A stretch of 64,000 nucleotides of DNA from Candidatus Ozemobacteraceae bacterium (lineage in GTDB: Bacteria; Muiribacteriota; Ozemobacteria; Ozemobacterales; Ozemobacteraceae), in contig OZ223236.1 in NCBI GenBank assembly GCA_965140445.1, positions 4,096,001-4,160,000 on the forward strand, read 5' to 3'. The translations under genes and the position numbers were made by a program. The notes under the pieces were generated by a model. The model did not search any database, was not told the origin of the DNA, and worked only from the letters and a program-made list of their open reading frames with translations. This document shows, one piece after another, positions 1 through 9,413 of this stretch (its first letter is position 1; each line of letters opens with the position of its first letter).

Positions 1-1254
1 GAGACGCCGGCGGACGATCCGCCAGTTGCAGCCGCGCCTTCAGGCGGTGGCGCTTCTGGTGGAAGCTCTGGCAATTCAGGCAAATCAAGTGCATCACATC
101 AGCTAAGCCAGGAAGCCCTTGACCAACTAACCGAGGTCGCCAAACTATCACTAGGAGCGACATCTTCTGTTGTTCAAGTTCTTCTCAACAAGGAAATTGA
201 GATAACCCTTGATCAGGTAAGAGTTGTAAGTTTTGACGAACTGGCCAGCGAAGGTGCTGACGAAGAATACGTTTTGGCAAAAATTGCTTACGTAGAAGGC
301 TTCGACGGCAATTCCTATCTAATGTTAAAAAAGAGTATTTCAGCTATCATTGGCGACTTAATGATGGGTGGAGAAGGAATTGGCGCGGAATTTCAAGAAA
401 TGCACACCTCAGCAGTTTGCGAAATGATGAACCAGATGATGGGGAAAACCACCACAACCCTATCAGAGATTTTCAAAAAAAGAGTTGACATTTCACCTCC
501 AGAGGTGGAAGTGGTCATTTACCAAAATGGACCACCTAATTTCCCAGATTTTGGTGAAGATGCCGGCTTTCTTCGAATTGGTTACAATTTGAAGATTGGC
601 GACCTGGCAGAAACAGAAATGGTTCAGCTTCTTCCAGCTGACTTTGCAAAGTCTATGGCTGCAGAGCTAACCAAACCAGAAAAAGCTCCACCAAAACCTC
701 AGCCAGCAGCGCCTCCTCCCCAGCAGCAACAACAACCGCAACCCCAACCTCAAGGCGGCATGCCTGGGCAAATGCCAGGAATGGGAATGCCCGGACAGAT
801 GCCGGGAATGGGAATGCCTGGACAGATGCCGGGAATGGGAATGCAAGGACAGATGCCGGGAATGGGAATGCCCGGACAAATGCCCATGCAGGGACAGATG
901 CCAGGAATGGGAATGCCCGGACAAATGCCGGGAATGGGAATGCAAGGAAATCCTGCAGAATTTGGAATGCTCCAAATGCCCATGGGCGTTGGATTACAAT
1001 CAAATATCGATCTTCTTTTAGACGTGCCTTTGCAAATAACAGTTGAATTAGGCAGGACCCGTATGTTAATAAAAGAAGTTCTTGAATTGGGTATTGGTTC
1101 TGTAGTAGAGTTAAACAAGTTAGCGGGCGAGGCCGTTGAAGTGTTCGTAAATAATAAACTAATTGCCAAAGGTGAAGTTGTTGTTATTGATGAAAACTTT
1201 GCGGTTCGTATTACTAACATAATCAATCCACAAGATAGACTCCAGGCTCTCTAA
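1..1254 (+). CDS. fliY: Flagellar motor switch phosphatase FliY (CheC-like domain + FliN/SpoA C-terminal domain), 5'-truncated by the window edge
   Basis: Frame is open from base 1 (ETPADDPP...DQLTEVAKLSLGA...). CheC-type motif SAVCEMMNQMMG; C-terminal NIDLLLDVPLQITVELGRT...IAKGEVVVIDENFAVRIT is FliN-like; lies directly upstream of cheY. Confidence 0.92.
   Translation, partial: ETPADDPPVAAAPSGGGASGGSSGNSGKSSASHQLSQEALDQLTEVAKLSLGATSSVVQVLLNKEIEITLDQVRVVSFDELASEGADEEYVLAKIAYVEGFDGNSYLMLKKSISAIIGDLMMGGEGIGAEFQEMHTSAVCEMMNQMMGKTTTTLSEIFKKRVDISPPEVEVVIYQNGPPNFPDFGEDAGFLRIGYNLKIGDLAETEMVQLLPADFAKSMAAELTKPEKAPPKPQPAAPPPQQQQQPQPQPQGGMPGQMPGMGMPGQMPGMGMPGQMPGMGMQGQMPGMGMPGQMPMQGQMPGMGMPGQMPGMGMQGNPAEFGMLQMPMGVGLQSNIDLLLDVPLQITVELGRTRMLIKEVLELGIGSVVELNKLAGEAVEVFVNNKLIAKGEVVVIDENFAVRITNIINPQDRLQAL
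760..948 (+). repeat. In-frame 27-bp tandem repeat encoding (MPGQMPGMG)n, about 7 units, in the FliY linker
   Basis: Units such as atgcctgggcaaatgccaggaatggga and atgcccggacagatgccgggaatggga, with synonymous variation and one partial unit. Confidence 0.95.
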
Positions 1255-1271
1255 GGAGACTCACCGATCCG

Positions 1272-1634
1272 ATGGGGAAAACAATTTTAATAGTAGACGA
1301 TGCAGCCTTTATGCGCATGATGATTAAGGACATTCTTAGCAAGAATGGCTACGATGTCCTTGGCGAAGCACAAACTGGCAAGGAAGCGGTTGAGCTTTAT
1401 CAAAAGCTTAAACCAGACTTGGTTACCATGGACATTACCATGCCCGAAATGAATGGTATTGACGCGGTTAAAGCCATAAAGAAAATTGACCCGACTGCAA
1501 GAATTATTATGTGCAGTGCAATGGGACAACAGGCTATGGTTATTGACGCGATTCAAGCTGGTGCCAGAGATTTTGTAGTAAAACCCTTCCAGCCCAACCG
1601 AGTTTTAGAAGCTGTTCAAAAAGCTTTACGCTAG
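1272..1634 (+). CDS. cheY: Chemotaxis response regulator CheY
   Basis: Single REC domain: ILIVDDAAFMRMMI, DLVTMDITMP, CSAMGQ, FVVKPF. B. subtilis/Thermotoga-type CheY in the fliY-cheY position; SD aaggag. Confidence 0.95.
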   Translation: MGKTILIVDDAAFMRMMIKDILSKNGYDVLGEAQTGKEAVELYQKLKPDLVTMDITMPEMNGIDAVKAIKKIDPTARIIMCSAMGQQAMVIDAIQAGARDFVVKPFQPNRVLEAVQKALR

Positions 1635-1644
1635 CCATCTTCAA

Positions 1645-2337
1645 GTGCGCTTAAATAAAATCTGGTCAACATTATTTTTATTAATAATGCTGACAAACCT
1701 TTTGAATGCTGAATCCGTTGCCTCGTTAGGCAACGGTTTATCTATTTCCCAACCTATTGAAGCGATATCGGCTTCACAAACACCCAATCAAACAGCAACA
1801 ATACCTTTTTTCCTTCAAAACGAAGGAAATCCAACAAATTCGCCATTCACCCTTCCAGCCTCAGATCCTTTTGGATCTGTATTGAGAATTATTTCATCTC
1901 TAATTGCAGTTATAATTCTCGCGCTAGCTTTAAGCTGGATTCTTCAAAAAAAAGGTGGATTTGGAAGCAATGTTTTTGGCAAAGTTCTAGGAATTCTACC
2001 TCTAGATAACAAAAGATTTATATATCTGGTTGATATTATGGGCAAGGTGTTAGTTCTAGGAGTTACAGATTCAAACATTAATCTGCTAAGCGAGATTACT
2101 GATAAAGCCACCATTGATTCTTTAAGATTCCAAAATGAAACCCCCGGAATGATCCCAGGAGTTGAAAAAGTTTTTTCTTTTCTCAAAAAAAATAGAAAAC
2201 AGTTTGATGGCGCAGAAGATTCTGAAAAGTTACCTATCTCTGACCCTGACGTAAAGAAACAGACAGATAAAAACACAGACAGAATAAGCAAAATCAAAGA
2301 TATGCTTATTAAAAGAAACGATTCAGAGGACAAATAA
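1645..2337 (+). CDS. fliO: Flagellar biosynthesis protein FliO/FliZ
   Basis: TM helix followed by KVLGILPLDNKRFIYLVDIMGKVLVLGVTDSNINLLSEI; lies between cheY and fliP. Confidence 0.85.
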   Translation: MRLNKIWSTLFLLIMLTNLLNAESVASLGNGLSISQPIEAISASQTPNQTATIPFFLQNEGNPTNSPFTLPASDPFGSVLRIISSLIAVIILALALSWILQKKGGFGSNVFGKVLGILPLDNKRFIYLVDIMGKVLVLGVTDSNINLLSEITDKATIDSLRFQNETPGMIPGVEKVFSFLKKNRKQFDGAEDSEKLPISDPDVKKQTDKNTDRISKIKDMLIKRNDSEDK

Positions 2338-2347
2338 AAATTCCATC

Positions 2348-2376
2348 TTGCACAACGGTGCCCCATATTGTATAAA
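2348..2376 (+). promoter_or_regulatory. Putative sigma70-type promoter upstream of fliP
   Basis: TTGCAC-17 nt-TATAAA in the fliO-fliP gap. Confidence 0.5.
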
Positions 2377-2427
2377 AAGTAAGGGCATGTGCCCCACATC
2401 TATTTTTTGTGAGTTATATACTACAAA

Positions 2428-3294
2428 ATGCACCGATTCTTTGATTCAACAAGATTTTGTCTCGTACTGGCAGTAGCTAGCCTAATTGCCATTTTGTGTT
2501 GCCCAAGCCCTTCATTCGCGCAACAGCAAGACCTCTCGAATCCAAGAGCAAGAGTAAATGTTTCTGACTCAACCGATGTAGATAAAATACAACGTCAGAA
2601 CACACCCTTCCCAATTCCTTCAATCAGCATTCAAGTTGATCCTTCAAGAGAGCGAGGACAACTAGGAACAGGCCTACAGGTTTTAATTCTATTAACAATT
2701 CTAAGCCTGGCCCCATCAATTTTAATAATGCTAACGAGCTTTACCAGAATTTTAATTGTTTTGAGTTTTGTCAGACGCGCACTTGGAACACAACAGGAAC
2801 CAAGCAATCAAATAATTATTGGTCTTGCCCTCTTCATTACATTTTTCACAATGTCACCAGTTATTGATCAAATTTACCAAAATGCATTTCAGCCATACAT
2901 TGCAAGAGACATAAATTATGTTCAAGCATACAATAGAGCAATTTCTCCCATAAGAGAATTTATGTTTAAGCATACCCGCAAAACCGACTTAGCTCTTTTT
3001 GCAGGAATGGAAGGTGGAGCAAAGCCTCAAACAAAGGAAGATTTCAGCACACTCGCTCTAGTCCCTTCCTTCATAACGAGTGAATTAAGAACAGCTTTTC
3101 AAATGGGCGTTATAATTTACCTGCCATTTCTGGTAATCGATATGGTTGTCGCCAGCATATTGATGTCAATGGGAATGATTATGCTGCCCCCTGTAATGAT
3201 ATCCCTTCCCTTTAAAATTCTTTTATTTGTTATGGTTGACGGGTGGAATCTGGTTATAAAATCACTTGTTGTAAGCTTTGGGGGTAACGCATGA
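2428..3294 (+). CDS. fliP: Flagellar export apparatus protein FliP
   Basis: LSLAPSILIMLTSFTRILIVLSFVRRALGTQQ, SELRTAFQMG, LPFKILLFVMVDGW. Confidence 0.97.
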   Translation: MHRFFDSTRFCLVLAVASLIAILCCPSPSFAQQQDLSNPRARVNVSDSTDVDKIQRQNTPFPIPSISIQVDPSRERGQLGTGLQVLILLTILSLAPSILIMLTSFTRILIVLSFVRRALGTQQEPSNQIIIGLALFITFFTMSPVIDQIYQNAFQPYIARDINYVQAYNRAISPIREFMFKHTRKTDLALFAGMEGGAKPQTKEDFSTLALVPSFITSELRTAFQMGVIIYLPFLVIDMVVASILMSMGMIMLPPVMISLPFKILLFVMVDGWNLVIKSLVVSFGGNA

Positions 3295-3557
3295 CGGAAT
3301 ATACCCTATACGAAATGTTTAAAGAAACAATATTTTTAGCCTTTACACTTTCGGCTCCCATATTAATTCTGGGAATGCTTATAGGTATTGCAGTAAGCAT
3401 TTTTCAAACGGCCACCTCAATTCAAGAACAAAGTTTAACCTTTATTCCAAAGTTAATGGTTACCGCTCTTGCTCTTGTTGGGTTAGCCCCATGGATGCTA
3501 ACCAAACTAATGCAATTTACCATGAAACTCCTCGGGCATCTTCAAGAGTTTAGATAG
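3291..3557 (+). CDS. fliQ: Flagellar export apparatus protein FliQ
   Basis: SIFQTATSIQEQSLTFIPKL motif; 88 aa; overlaps the fliP stop. Confidence 0.96.
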   Translation: MTEYTLYEMFKETIFLAFTLSAPILILGMLIGIAVSIFQTATSIQEQSLTFIPKLMVTALALVGLAPWMLTKLMQFTMKLLGHLQEFR

Positions 3558-3559
3558 TA

Positions 3560-4336
3560 ATGACTGAAGCTTTTTTTTTAAAATCTGTAGGAATGTTCTT
3601 GATTGCACTGGTTAGGTTCAGTGGCTTTTTTATCAACATGCCTGTTTTTGGAGAATCATTCATCCCGATGCAAGTTAAAGCTGGCCTATCAGCAATTTGT
3701 GCGGGAATCGTTTTGCCCCACCTATTGGTAACCCAGGATCTGCCAGAATTAAGCGTTCTCGGTTATGGGCTAATGATTCTAAGAGAACTGATCCTCGGCT
3801 TTTCAATGGGATTCATGGTTTTAATACTAACCGATATTCTAAAATTCGCCGGACAGTTAATAGGGATGCAAATAGGCTTTTCTTTTGTTCAGGTAGCAGA
3901 TCCCGGGTCAAATATAAGCCAGGGGATCGTTTCAGAATTTTTTCAACTTGCCGGCGTTTTAACTTTCATAATGATAGGCGGACACCTTCTCGTTCTTCAG
4001 GCTTTCTATCAGAGCTTTGATATGATACCACTAGCAGGAATGAAGCTACCCTCTGGAATCGTGCAATTAGTAACCAACTACACCGGAATGATATTTGTTA
4101 CCGGAATTCAAATAGCCATGCCAATAATTGGAGTGATTCTTGTTGGCGATGTAGGCCTTGGAATCATTGCACGAACTGTCCCGAAAATGAATGTTTTTCA
4201 AATAGGTTTTGCATTAAAAATTCTAATGGGACTAACAATCATAACCATTTTAATGCCATTTTTAGGAGACTTGATTAAAAATCTAATTCAGTTAAGCCTT
4301 GGACACATAAACACCATGCTTAACGCTATGAAATAG
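3560..4336 (+). CDS. fliR: Flagellar export apparatus protein FliR
   Basis: Multi-TM protein; AGQLIGMQIGFS...DP, ARTVPKMNVFQIGFALKI. Confidence 0.96.
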   Translation: MTEAFFLKSVGMFLIALVRFSGFFINMPVFGESFIPMQVKAGLSAICAGIVLPHLLVTQDLPELSVLGYGLMILRELILGFSMGFMVLILTDILKFAGQLIGMQIGFSFVQVADPGSNISQGIVSEFFQLAGVLTFIMIGGHLLVLQAFYQSFDMIPLAGMKLPSGIVQLVTNYTGMIFVTGIQIAMPIIGVILVGDVGLGIIARTVPKMNVFQIGFALKILMGLTIITILMPFLGDLIKNLIQLSLGHINTMLNAMK

Positions 4337-5476
4337 ATGACTATACATCAAAAAGCTAATTTGAGATTGGATAACTTCCAACCAATCAAGCTCCAAAACT
4401 TTAACTTTGATTTACAACTGTTCGCAGGCGAAAAAACAGAGCCAGCAACAGAAAAGAAGCGCCAGGAAGCAATCCAGAAAGGCAACGTTCCTAAATCTCA
4501 GGATCTTGGTTCTGTTGTTATACTTCTGGCAAGTTTTTTAACCTTAAGGTATTACGGCCCGGAACTATATGGCATATGTGGCGAATACATGAGATACACA
4601 TTGGGAAATGCAATTTTCACCACTCTCAACTTGACCAACACCATAGTCATAATGAACCAACTGATCGTTACTCTAACTAAAATTCTGGCTCCTTTTTTTG
4701 CAGTTGTAGCATTATCAGCGATTGCAGCAAACATGATACAAACTGGATTTTTATTCAGATTCGAACCTCTCACACCCGACCTTGACCGATTAAACCCAAT
4801 TTCCGGTCTTCAGAACGTGTTTTCATGGAAACTGGTTGCCGAGCTGGTCAAGTCAATCTTAAAAATCCTTATTGTGGCCTACATCCCCTATTCCACTCTA
4901 AGAGAGCAACTGCCGTTTATTATTAGATTTATCCAACTTGAGCCAATACCTGCAATTATACTTCTGCTAAAAATAATCTTTTACATGGCCATTAAAATAA
5001 TTTTGGTTCTCCTGGCTCTAGCTATTGGCGATTGGGCTTTTCAAAAATGGAGATATGAAGAAAACCTGAAAATGTCAAAAGAAGATATAAAAGAAGAATA
5101 CAAACAGCGCGAAGGAGATCCCAAAATTAAGCAAAAAATTCGCGAAAGACAAAGGCAGGCATCTTCAAAACGAATGATGGATGAAGTTCCGCAAGCAACC
5201 GTTGTTGTTACAAATCCAACCCATATTGCCTGCGCCTTAAAATATGACAGAGATTCAGATGCAGCACCAGTTGTTGTTGCTATGGGAGCCGGGCTTATAG
5301 CGCAAAAAATCAAAGAGATAGCCAAAGAGCACGATGTGCCTATTTTAGAAAACAAACATCTTGCGCGTGCCCTCTATAAAATGGTAGAAATAGGAGATGA
5401 AATTCCAGCAGATTTATATGGTGCAGTGGTAGAAATCCTTGCACAGGTTTACCGTATGAAAGGTAAAACCGCGTAA
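4337..5476 (+). CDS. flhB: Flagellar export protein FlhB
   Basis: EKTEPAT, KEEYKQREGDP, autocleavage motif NPTH. Confidence 0.97.
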   Translation: MTIHQKANLRLDNFQPIKLQNFNFDLQLFAGEKTEPATEKKRQEAIQKGNVPKSQDLGSVVILLASFLTLRYYGPELYGICGEYMRYTLGNAIFTTLNLTNTIVIMNQLIVTLTKILAPFFAVVALSAIAANMIQTGFLFRFEPLTPDLDRLNPISGLQNVFSWKLVAELVKSILKILIVAYIPYSTLREQLPFIIRFIQLEPIPAIILLLKIIFYMAIKIILVLLALAIGDWAFQKWRYEENLKMSKEDIKEEYKQREGDPKIKQKIRERQRQASSKRMMDEVPQATVVVTNPTHIACALKYDRDSDAAPVVVAMGAGLIAQKIKEIAKEHDVPILENKHLARALYKMVEIGDEIPADLYGAVVEILAQVYRMKGKTA

Positions 5477-5516
5477 TAAAAGCTGCAAAGAGTTTGTGCA
5501 CAACATGGAGATTTAA

Positions 5517-7613
5517 ATGGCAGACGGCAATCCTTCAAATTCCCTAAATTTAGTGCCCTTTGCCGACGTTTTAAAAAGCAAGGACGTTGTTTTTGCTTTT
5601 GGCGTAGTATTAATCGTCATAATGATGGTTGTTCCGCTGCCTCCTTTTATTCTAAATCTCCTTTTAACTCTAAACATTGCTCTAGCCCTGACAATTCTTT
5701 TAGTATCTATATACAACAAAGAAGCACTTCAATTTTCTGCTTTTCCAAGCTTACTCCTTGTTTCAACCTTATTTCGATTGAGCATGAACGTAAGCACCAC
5801 AAGAATCATCCTTTCAGGTAAAGGTGCAACGATTGATATCGTAGAAGCCTTTGGCAACTTTGTTGTTGGTGGAAACTATGTGGTTGGATTTGTTGTATTC
5901 TTGATTCTGGTTTTAATTCAATTCATCGTTATCACCAAAGGTGCCGAACGTGTCGCCGAAGTTGCTGCCCGATTCACGCTTGACGCGATGCCGATCAAAG
6001 GAATGGCAATTGACGCAGATCTCAACGCAGGTGCAATTGACCAGGATGAAGCCACCCAAAGACGCCTCAACCTACAACGAGAAGCAGATTTTTATGGATC
6101 TATGGACGGTGCGAGTAAGTTTGTAAAAAACGATGCTATTGCCGGCATTATCATTACCATAATCAACCTTCTTGGGGGTCTGGTAATCGGAGTTTTTCAA
6201 CGCGGGGAATCAGCTGCAGATGCCCTTCAAGCCTATGCATTATTTACTGTCGGTGACGGACTTGTCACTCAGATTCCTGCACTCCTTATTGCTACTGCAA
6301 CTGGTATTGTTGTTACCAGGGCAAGCGCTGACTCAAGTCTTGGCGATCAAATCAGTGATCAATTGCTTTCCCATCCGAAGGTTCTCGGAATTGGCTCTGC
6401 AATGTTGGCCTTCCTCGGACTGATTCCCGGACTACCAAAAGTAAGCTTTCTCTTTCTATCTTTTGTATTTGGAAGTTTAGCCTACATCGTTGATAAAAAT
6501 CAGGAAGAAACAGCTCAAAAAGATATTGAAAGTAAAATAGCAGAAGAAGAAAGCGCCGCTTCCGGCCCAGAAGATGTATCTTCGCTTTTAAGCATTGACT
6601 CTCTTGAGCTTGAAATCGGGTATAATCTAATTCCACTTGTTGATGCGAATCAGGGAGGTGACCTGCTAAACAGAATCACCTTGATTCGAAGACAAATTGC
6701 ATTAGACCTTGGATTGGTAGTTCCTCCGATTAGAATTAGAGATAATATACAGCTACAGCCTTCTCGCTATGTTTTCAAAATTAAGGGTGTTGAATTTGAT
6801 ACCTATGAAATTATTCCAGATCAATTAATGGCCATGAATCCTGGAACTGCCACAGGCAAAATTAGCGGAATAGAGGTTACTGAACCTGCTTTTGGATTGC
6901 CTGCGATATGGATACAAGGTTCCTTACGGGAACGAGCTGAGATGTCAGGATATACAGTGGTTGATCCATCAACCGTTATAGCAACACATCTAACTGAAAT
7001 TATTCGCAGAAACTCTCATGAAATTCTTGGTCGCGAAGAGTTGAAAACTCTTATCGATACTGTCTCTCAAAACAGCCCTCTTCTTGTTCAGGAAGTTGTT
7101 CCAAATGTTGTGAGCAACTCCATGCTTTTAAAGGTTTTGCAAAACCTTTTGAGAGAGAATGTTTCCATTCGCAATATGGCTTCAATACTTGAAGCTCTCG
7201 CCGACTGCAAAGGAATTGGAGAAGTGGACACTTTAACAGAAATAGCCCGTCAGGGCTTGGCAAGGCATATTTGCAAAGCCCTTCTTGATGAAAATAATAT
7301 GCTCAAAGTAATCTCTCTAGACCCTCAACTTGAGCAAAGTCTTGCCAATGCACTCCAAAAGATAGACGGATCTGTTCAACTTGCAATTGATCCAGATTCA
7401 GCAAATAAGTTACTAGAAGCAATGCGCAGTAAATTTGAAGAAGTCATGCAGGAAGGGATTTCTCCAATTTTACTTTGTTCTAGCGCCCTGCGATTAAGTC
7501 TAAAAAGACTTGCAGAGAGAATCGCTCCGCGCCTGACAGTAATTTCTTATAACGAATTACCAACAGAAGTTCACATTGAATCCGTTGGACTTATAAGATT
7601 CCCTCAGAAATAA
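5517..7613 (+). CDS. flhA: Flagellar export protein FlhA
   Basis: FHIPEP motif KGAERVAEVAARFTLDAMP; ADFYGSMDGASKFV. Confidence 0.98.
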   Translation: MADGNPSNSLNLVPFADVLKSKDVVFAFGVVLIVIMMVVPLPPFILNLLLTLNIALALTILLVSIYNKEALQFSAFPSLLLVSTLFRLSMNVSTTRIILSGKGATIDIVEAFGNFVVGGNYVVGFVVFLILVLIQFIVITKGAERVAEVAARFTLDAMPIKGMAIDADLNAGAIDQDEATQRRLNLQREADFYGSMDGASKFVKNDAIAGIIITIINLLGGLVIGVFQRGESAADALQAYALFTVGDGLVTQIPALLIATATGIVVTRASADSSLGDQISDQLLSHPKVLGIGSAMLAFLGLIPGLPKVSFLFLSFVFGSLAYIVDKNQEETAQKDIESKIAEEESAASGPEDVSSLLSIDSLELEIGYNLIPLVDANQGGDLLNRITLIRRQIALDLGLVVPPIRIRDNIQLQPSRYVFKIKGVEFDTYEIIPDQLMAMNPGTATGKISGIEVTEPAFGLPAIWIQGSLRERAEMSGYTVVDPSTVIATHLTEIIRRNSHEILGREELKTLIDTVSQNSPLLVQEVVPNVVSNSMLLKVLQNLLRENVSIRNMASILEALADCKGIGEVDTLTEIARQGLARHICKALLDENNMLKVISLDPQLEQSLANALQKIDGSVQLAIDPDSANKLLEAMRSKFEEVMQEGISPILLCSSALRLSLKRLAERIAPRLTVISYNELPTEVHIESVGLIRFPQK

Positions 7614-7619
7614 TAAACA

Positions 7620-8468
7620 ATGAATGACCAAGCCGCATCACTAAGACAACTCAAACAACTTGTTGATTCTGAAAGAATGGAATCCGCTCCCAAACCTCAA
7701 AACCTTGAGAGCTTTTTATCTGGAATAATACGACCATCTCCATTTTCAGCTATAGTTTTAATAGTTCCAGATTCTTTACCCTACGATTACCCTCTTTTAA
7801 AAGATTGGGCTCCAGCACTTTTACAGCACAATTCCAAAAGCTGCTTCTGGGATCAGGCGGGTTTAATTGCAACCGATTCAATTCCAAAAACTCAGATAAG
7901 CTTAAAATACCCCACTCCAGTTAAACTGGATACTGGTCTATCTCACCTGACAGTGCTCCCCAGAATCGATTCGCTAAACAAAACCAGCTCTATGGATGAT
8001 TCAACAAAAATTGAAATCCTTAGCCACCTTACAAGGTGTTTGAAGCCTTTTTCAGAAGTCTGGATCAGCCTAAAAGCCAGTGAGTTGAAAGAATGTCATC
8101 CAATTTTGCACGCTGCTGACGTTGCATGTGTAACAGTTCCATCTCATTCCGACTCAATTTTAAGATGCTACGAAACGGTAAAAACAATTCATTTGTCTGG
8201 ATATTTTTCACCCATAGGTTTATTGGAATTTTCACCTAAAACAGGCACAGCAAAAGAAGTTTCCGGGGAAAGAATAAAAATTGTTGCAAAACAATTTTTG
8301 GCTCTTGACCTTGTGCCTACTGGAATGGTACTTTCTAACAACACCTTTTCTCCACCCGAAACTGACAACAATCTTAGATCAAGATTATCGACGCTAGCGA
8401 CGGGTTCAAGAGATTTCTTATACTGTCTGGCAGAAGGCTTAGTCTATTTAATTCCAGGGATTTATTAA
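7620..8468 (+). CDS. Degenerate FlhG/MinD-fold paralogue with N-terminal DQAxxLR activator motif and no P-loop
   Basis: Starts MNDQAASLRQL. HAADVACVTVPSHSDSILRCYETVKTI and ERIKIVAKQFLALDLVPTG align with FlhG QAADQIIVITTPEPTAMADAYGIIKII and DRLCKVADEFLDFKLHPIG. No GKGGVGKT. Confidence 0.75.
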   Translation: MNDQAASLRQLKQLVDSERMESAPKPQNLESFLSGIIRPSPFSAIVLIVPDSLPYDYPLLKDWAPALLQHNSKSCFWDQAGLIATDSIPKTQISLKYPTPVKLDTGLSHLTVLPRIDSLNKTSSMDDSTKIEILSHLTRCLKPFSEVWISLKASELKECHPILHAADVACVTVPSHSDSILRCYETVKTIHLSGYFSPIGLLEFSPKTGTAKEVSGERIKIVAKQFLALDLVPTGMVLSNNTFSPPETDNNLRSRLSTLATGSRDFLYCLAEGLVYLIPGIY

Positions 8469-8471
8469 TCA

Positions 8472-9413
8472 ATGTCTGAACCAATTATCAAACCGATTGA
8501 AGCAATAATTGCTGAAGCAAGAAAAAAGATTCAGCCATACGTCTTCAAACGCCTGGAATCAAGAACACCAAGACAAGCTGGCAAAAAAATCGCTAGAACA
8601 ATAACCGTAACCTCCGGAAAAGGAGGAGTCGGCAAAACAAGTTTAGTGGCAAATTTAGCAGTCTGCCTTGCACAGGCGGGGCAAAAAGTAATAATTCTGG
8701 ATGCCGATCTTGGCCTGGCTAATATTGATGTTGTTTTTGGCATTAGACCAAAACATAATCTAATGGACGTTGTTAACGGCAAAATGAACATCGATGAAGT
8801 AATGATTGCAGGCCCTTGTGGAATTCAAATTATTGCGGGAGGGTCTGGTGTTTCAGAGCTGGCACAGTTAGAACAAGAGAAAGCTGAAAGACTTTTCAAC
8901 CAATTAAAGTTCCTTGAGGACAAAACCGACTTTTTACTAATTGATACTGGAGCCGGAATAAGTGACAGTGTCATTTCATTTTGTCAGGCTGCAGACCAAA
9001 TTATTGTAATTACAACTCCAGAGCCCACGGCAATGGCAGATGCATACGGAATTATAAAAATTATCAGCACAAAACGCCCTGAAAGTTACGTTTCAATCTT
9101 AATTAATAGAGCTGATAGCCTGGAAGATGCTTCCTTTGTTCAGGATCGTTTATGCAAAGTTGCCGATGAATTTCTGGACTTTAAGCTGCATCCAATTGGT
9201 TCATTACCTCAAGATCGCCAAATGCACCTGGCGGTTCGGCAACAAACTCCGCTTTTGCTGTTTTCCCCAATGTCTCCGGCAGCAATTGAGATTAGAAAGC
9301 TTGTTTCATCTAATTTCCACGAACTACCGGATGAAATTCCGAACGATGGAATTACAGGCTTTTTATCTCGATTGACAGATTTTTTCAAAGGGGGTTCTGC
9401 AAAAAATATATGA
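8472..9413 (+). CDS. flhG: Flagellar number regulator, MinD-like ATPase FlhG/FleN
   Basis: Deviant Walker A TSGKGGVGKT, LDADLGLAN, IDTGAG, C-terminal amphipathic helix GFLSRLTDFF. Confidence 0.93.
   Translation: MSEPIIKPIEAIIAEARKKIQPYVFKRLESRTPRQAGKKIARTITVTSGKGGVGKTSLVANLAVCLAQAGQKVIILDADLGLANIDVVFGIRPKHNLMDVVNGKMNIDEVMIAGPCGIQIIAGGSGVSELAQLEQEKAERLFNQLKFLEDKTDFLLIDTGAGISDSVISFCQAADQIIVITTPEPTAMADAYGIIKIISTKRPESYVSILINRADSLEDASFVQDRLCKVADEFLDFKLHPIGSLPQDRQMHLAVRQQTPLLLFSPMSPAAIEIRKLVSSNFHELPDEIPNDGITGFLSRLTDFFKGGSAKNI

Noticed and set aside
760..948. 27-bp repeats as a CRISPR array
   Set aside because: No spacers; the units are contiguous, in frame and vary at synonymous positions inside fliY.
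653..1226. Antisense ORFs with His/Ser- or Cys/Pro-rich repeats
   Set aside because: They are shadows of the fliY repeat. The same applies to the many short antisense or overlapping ORFs in the track.
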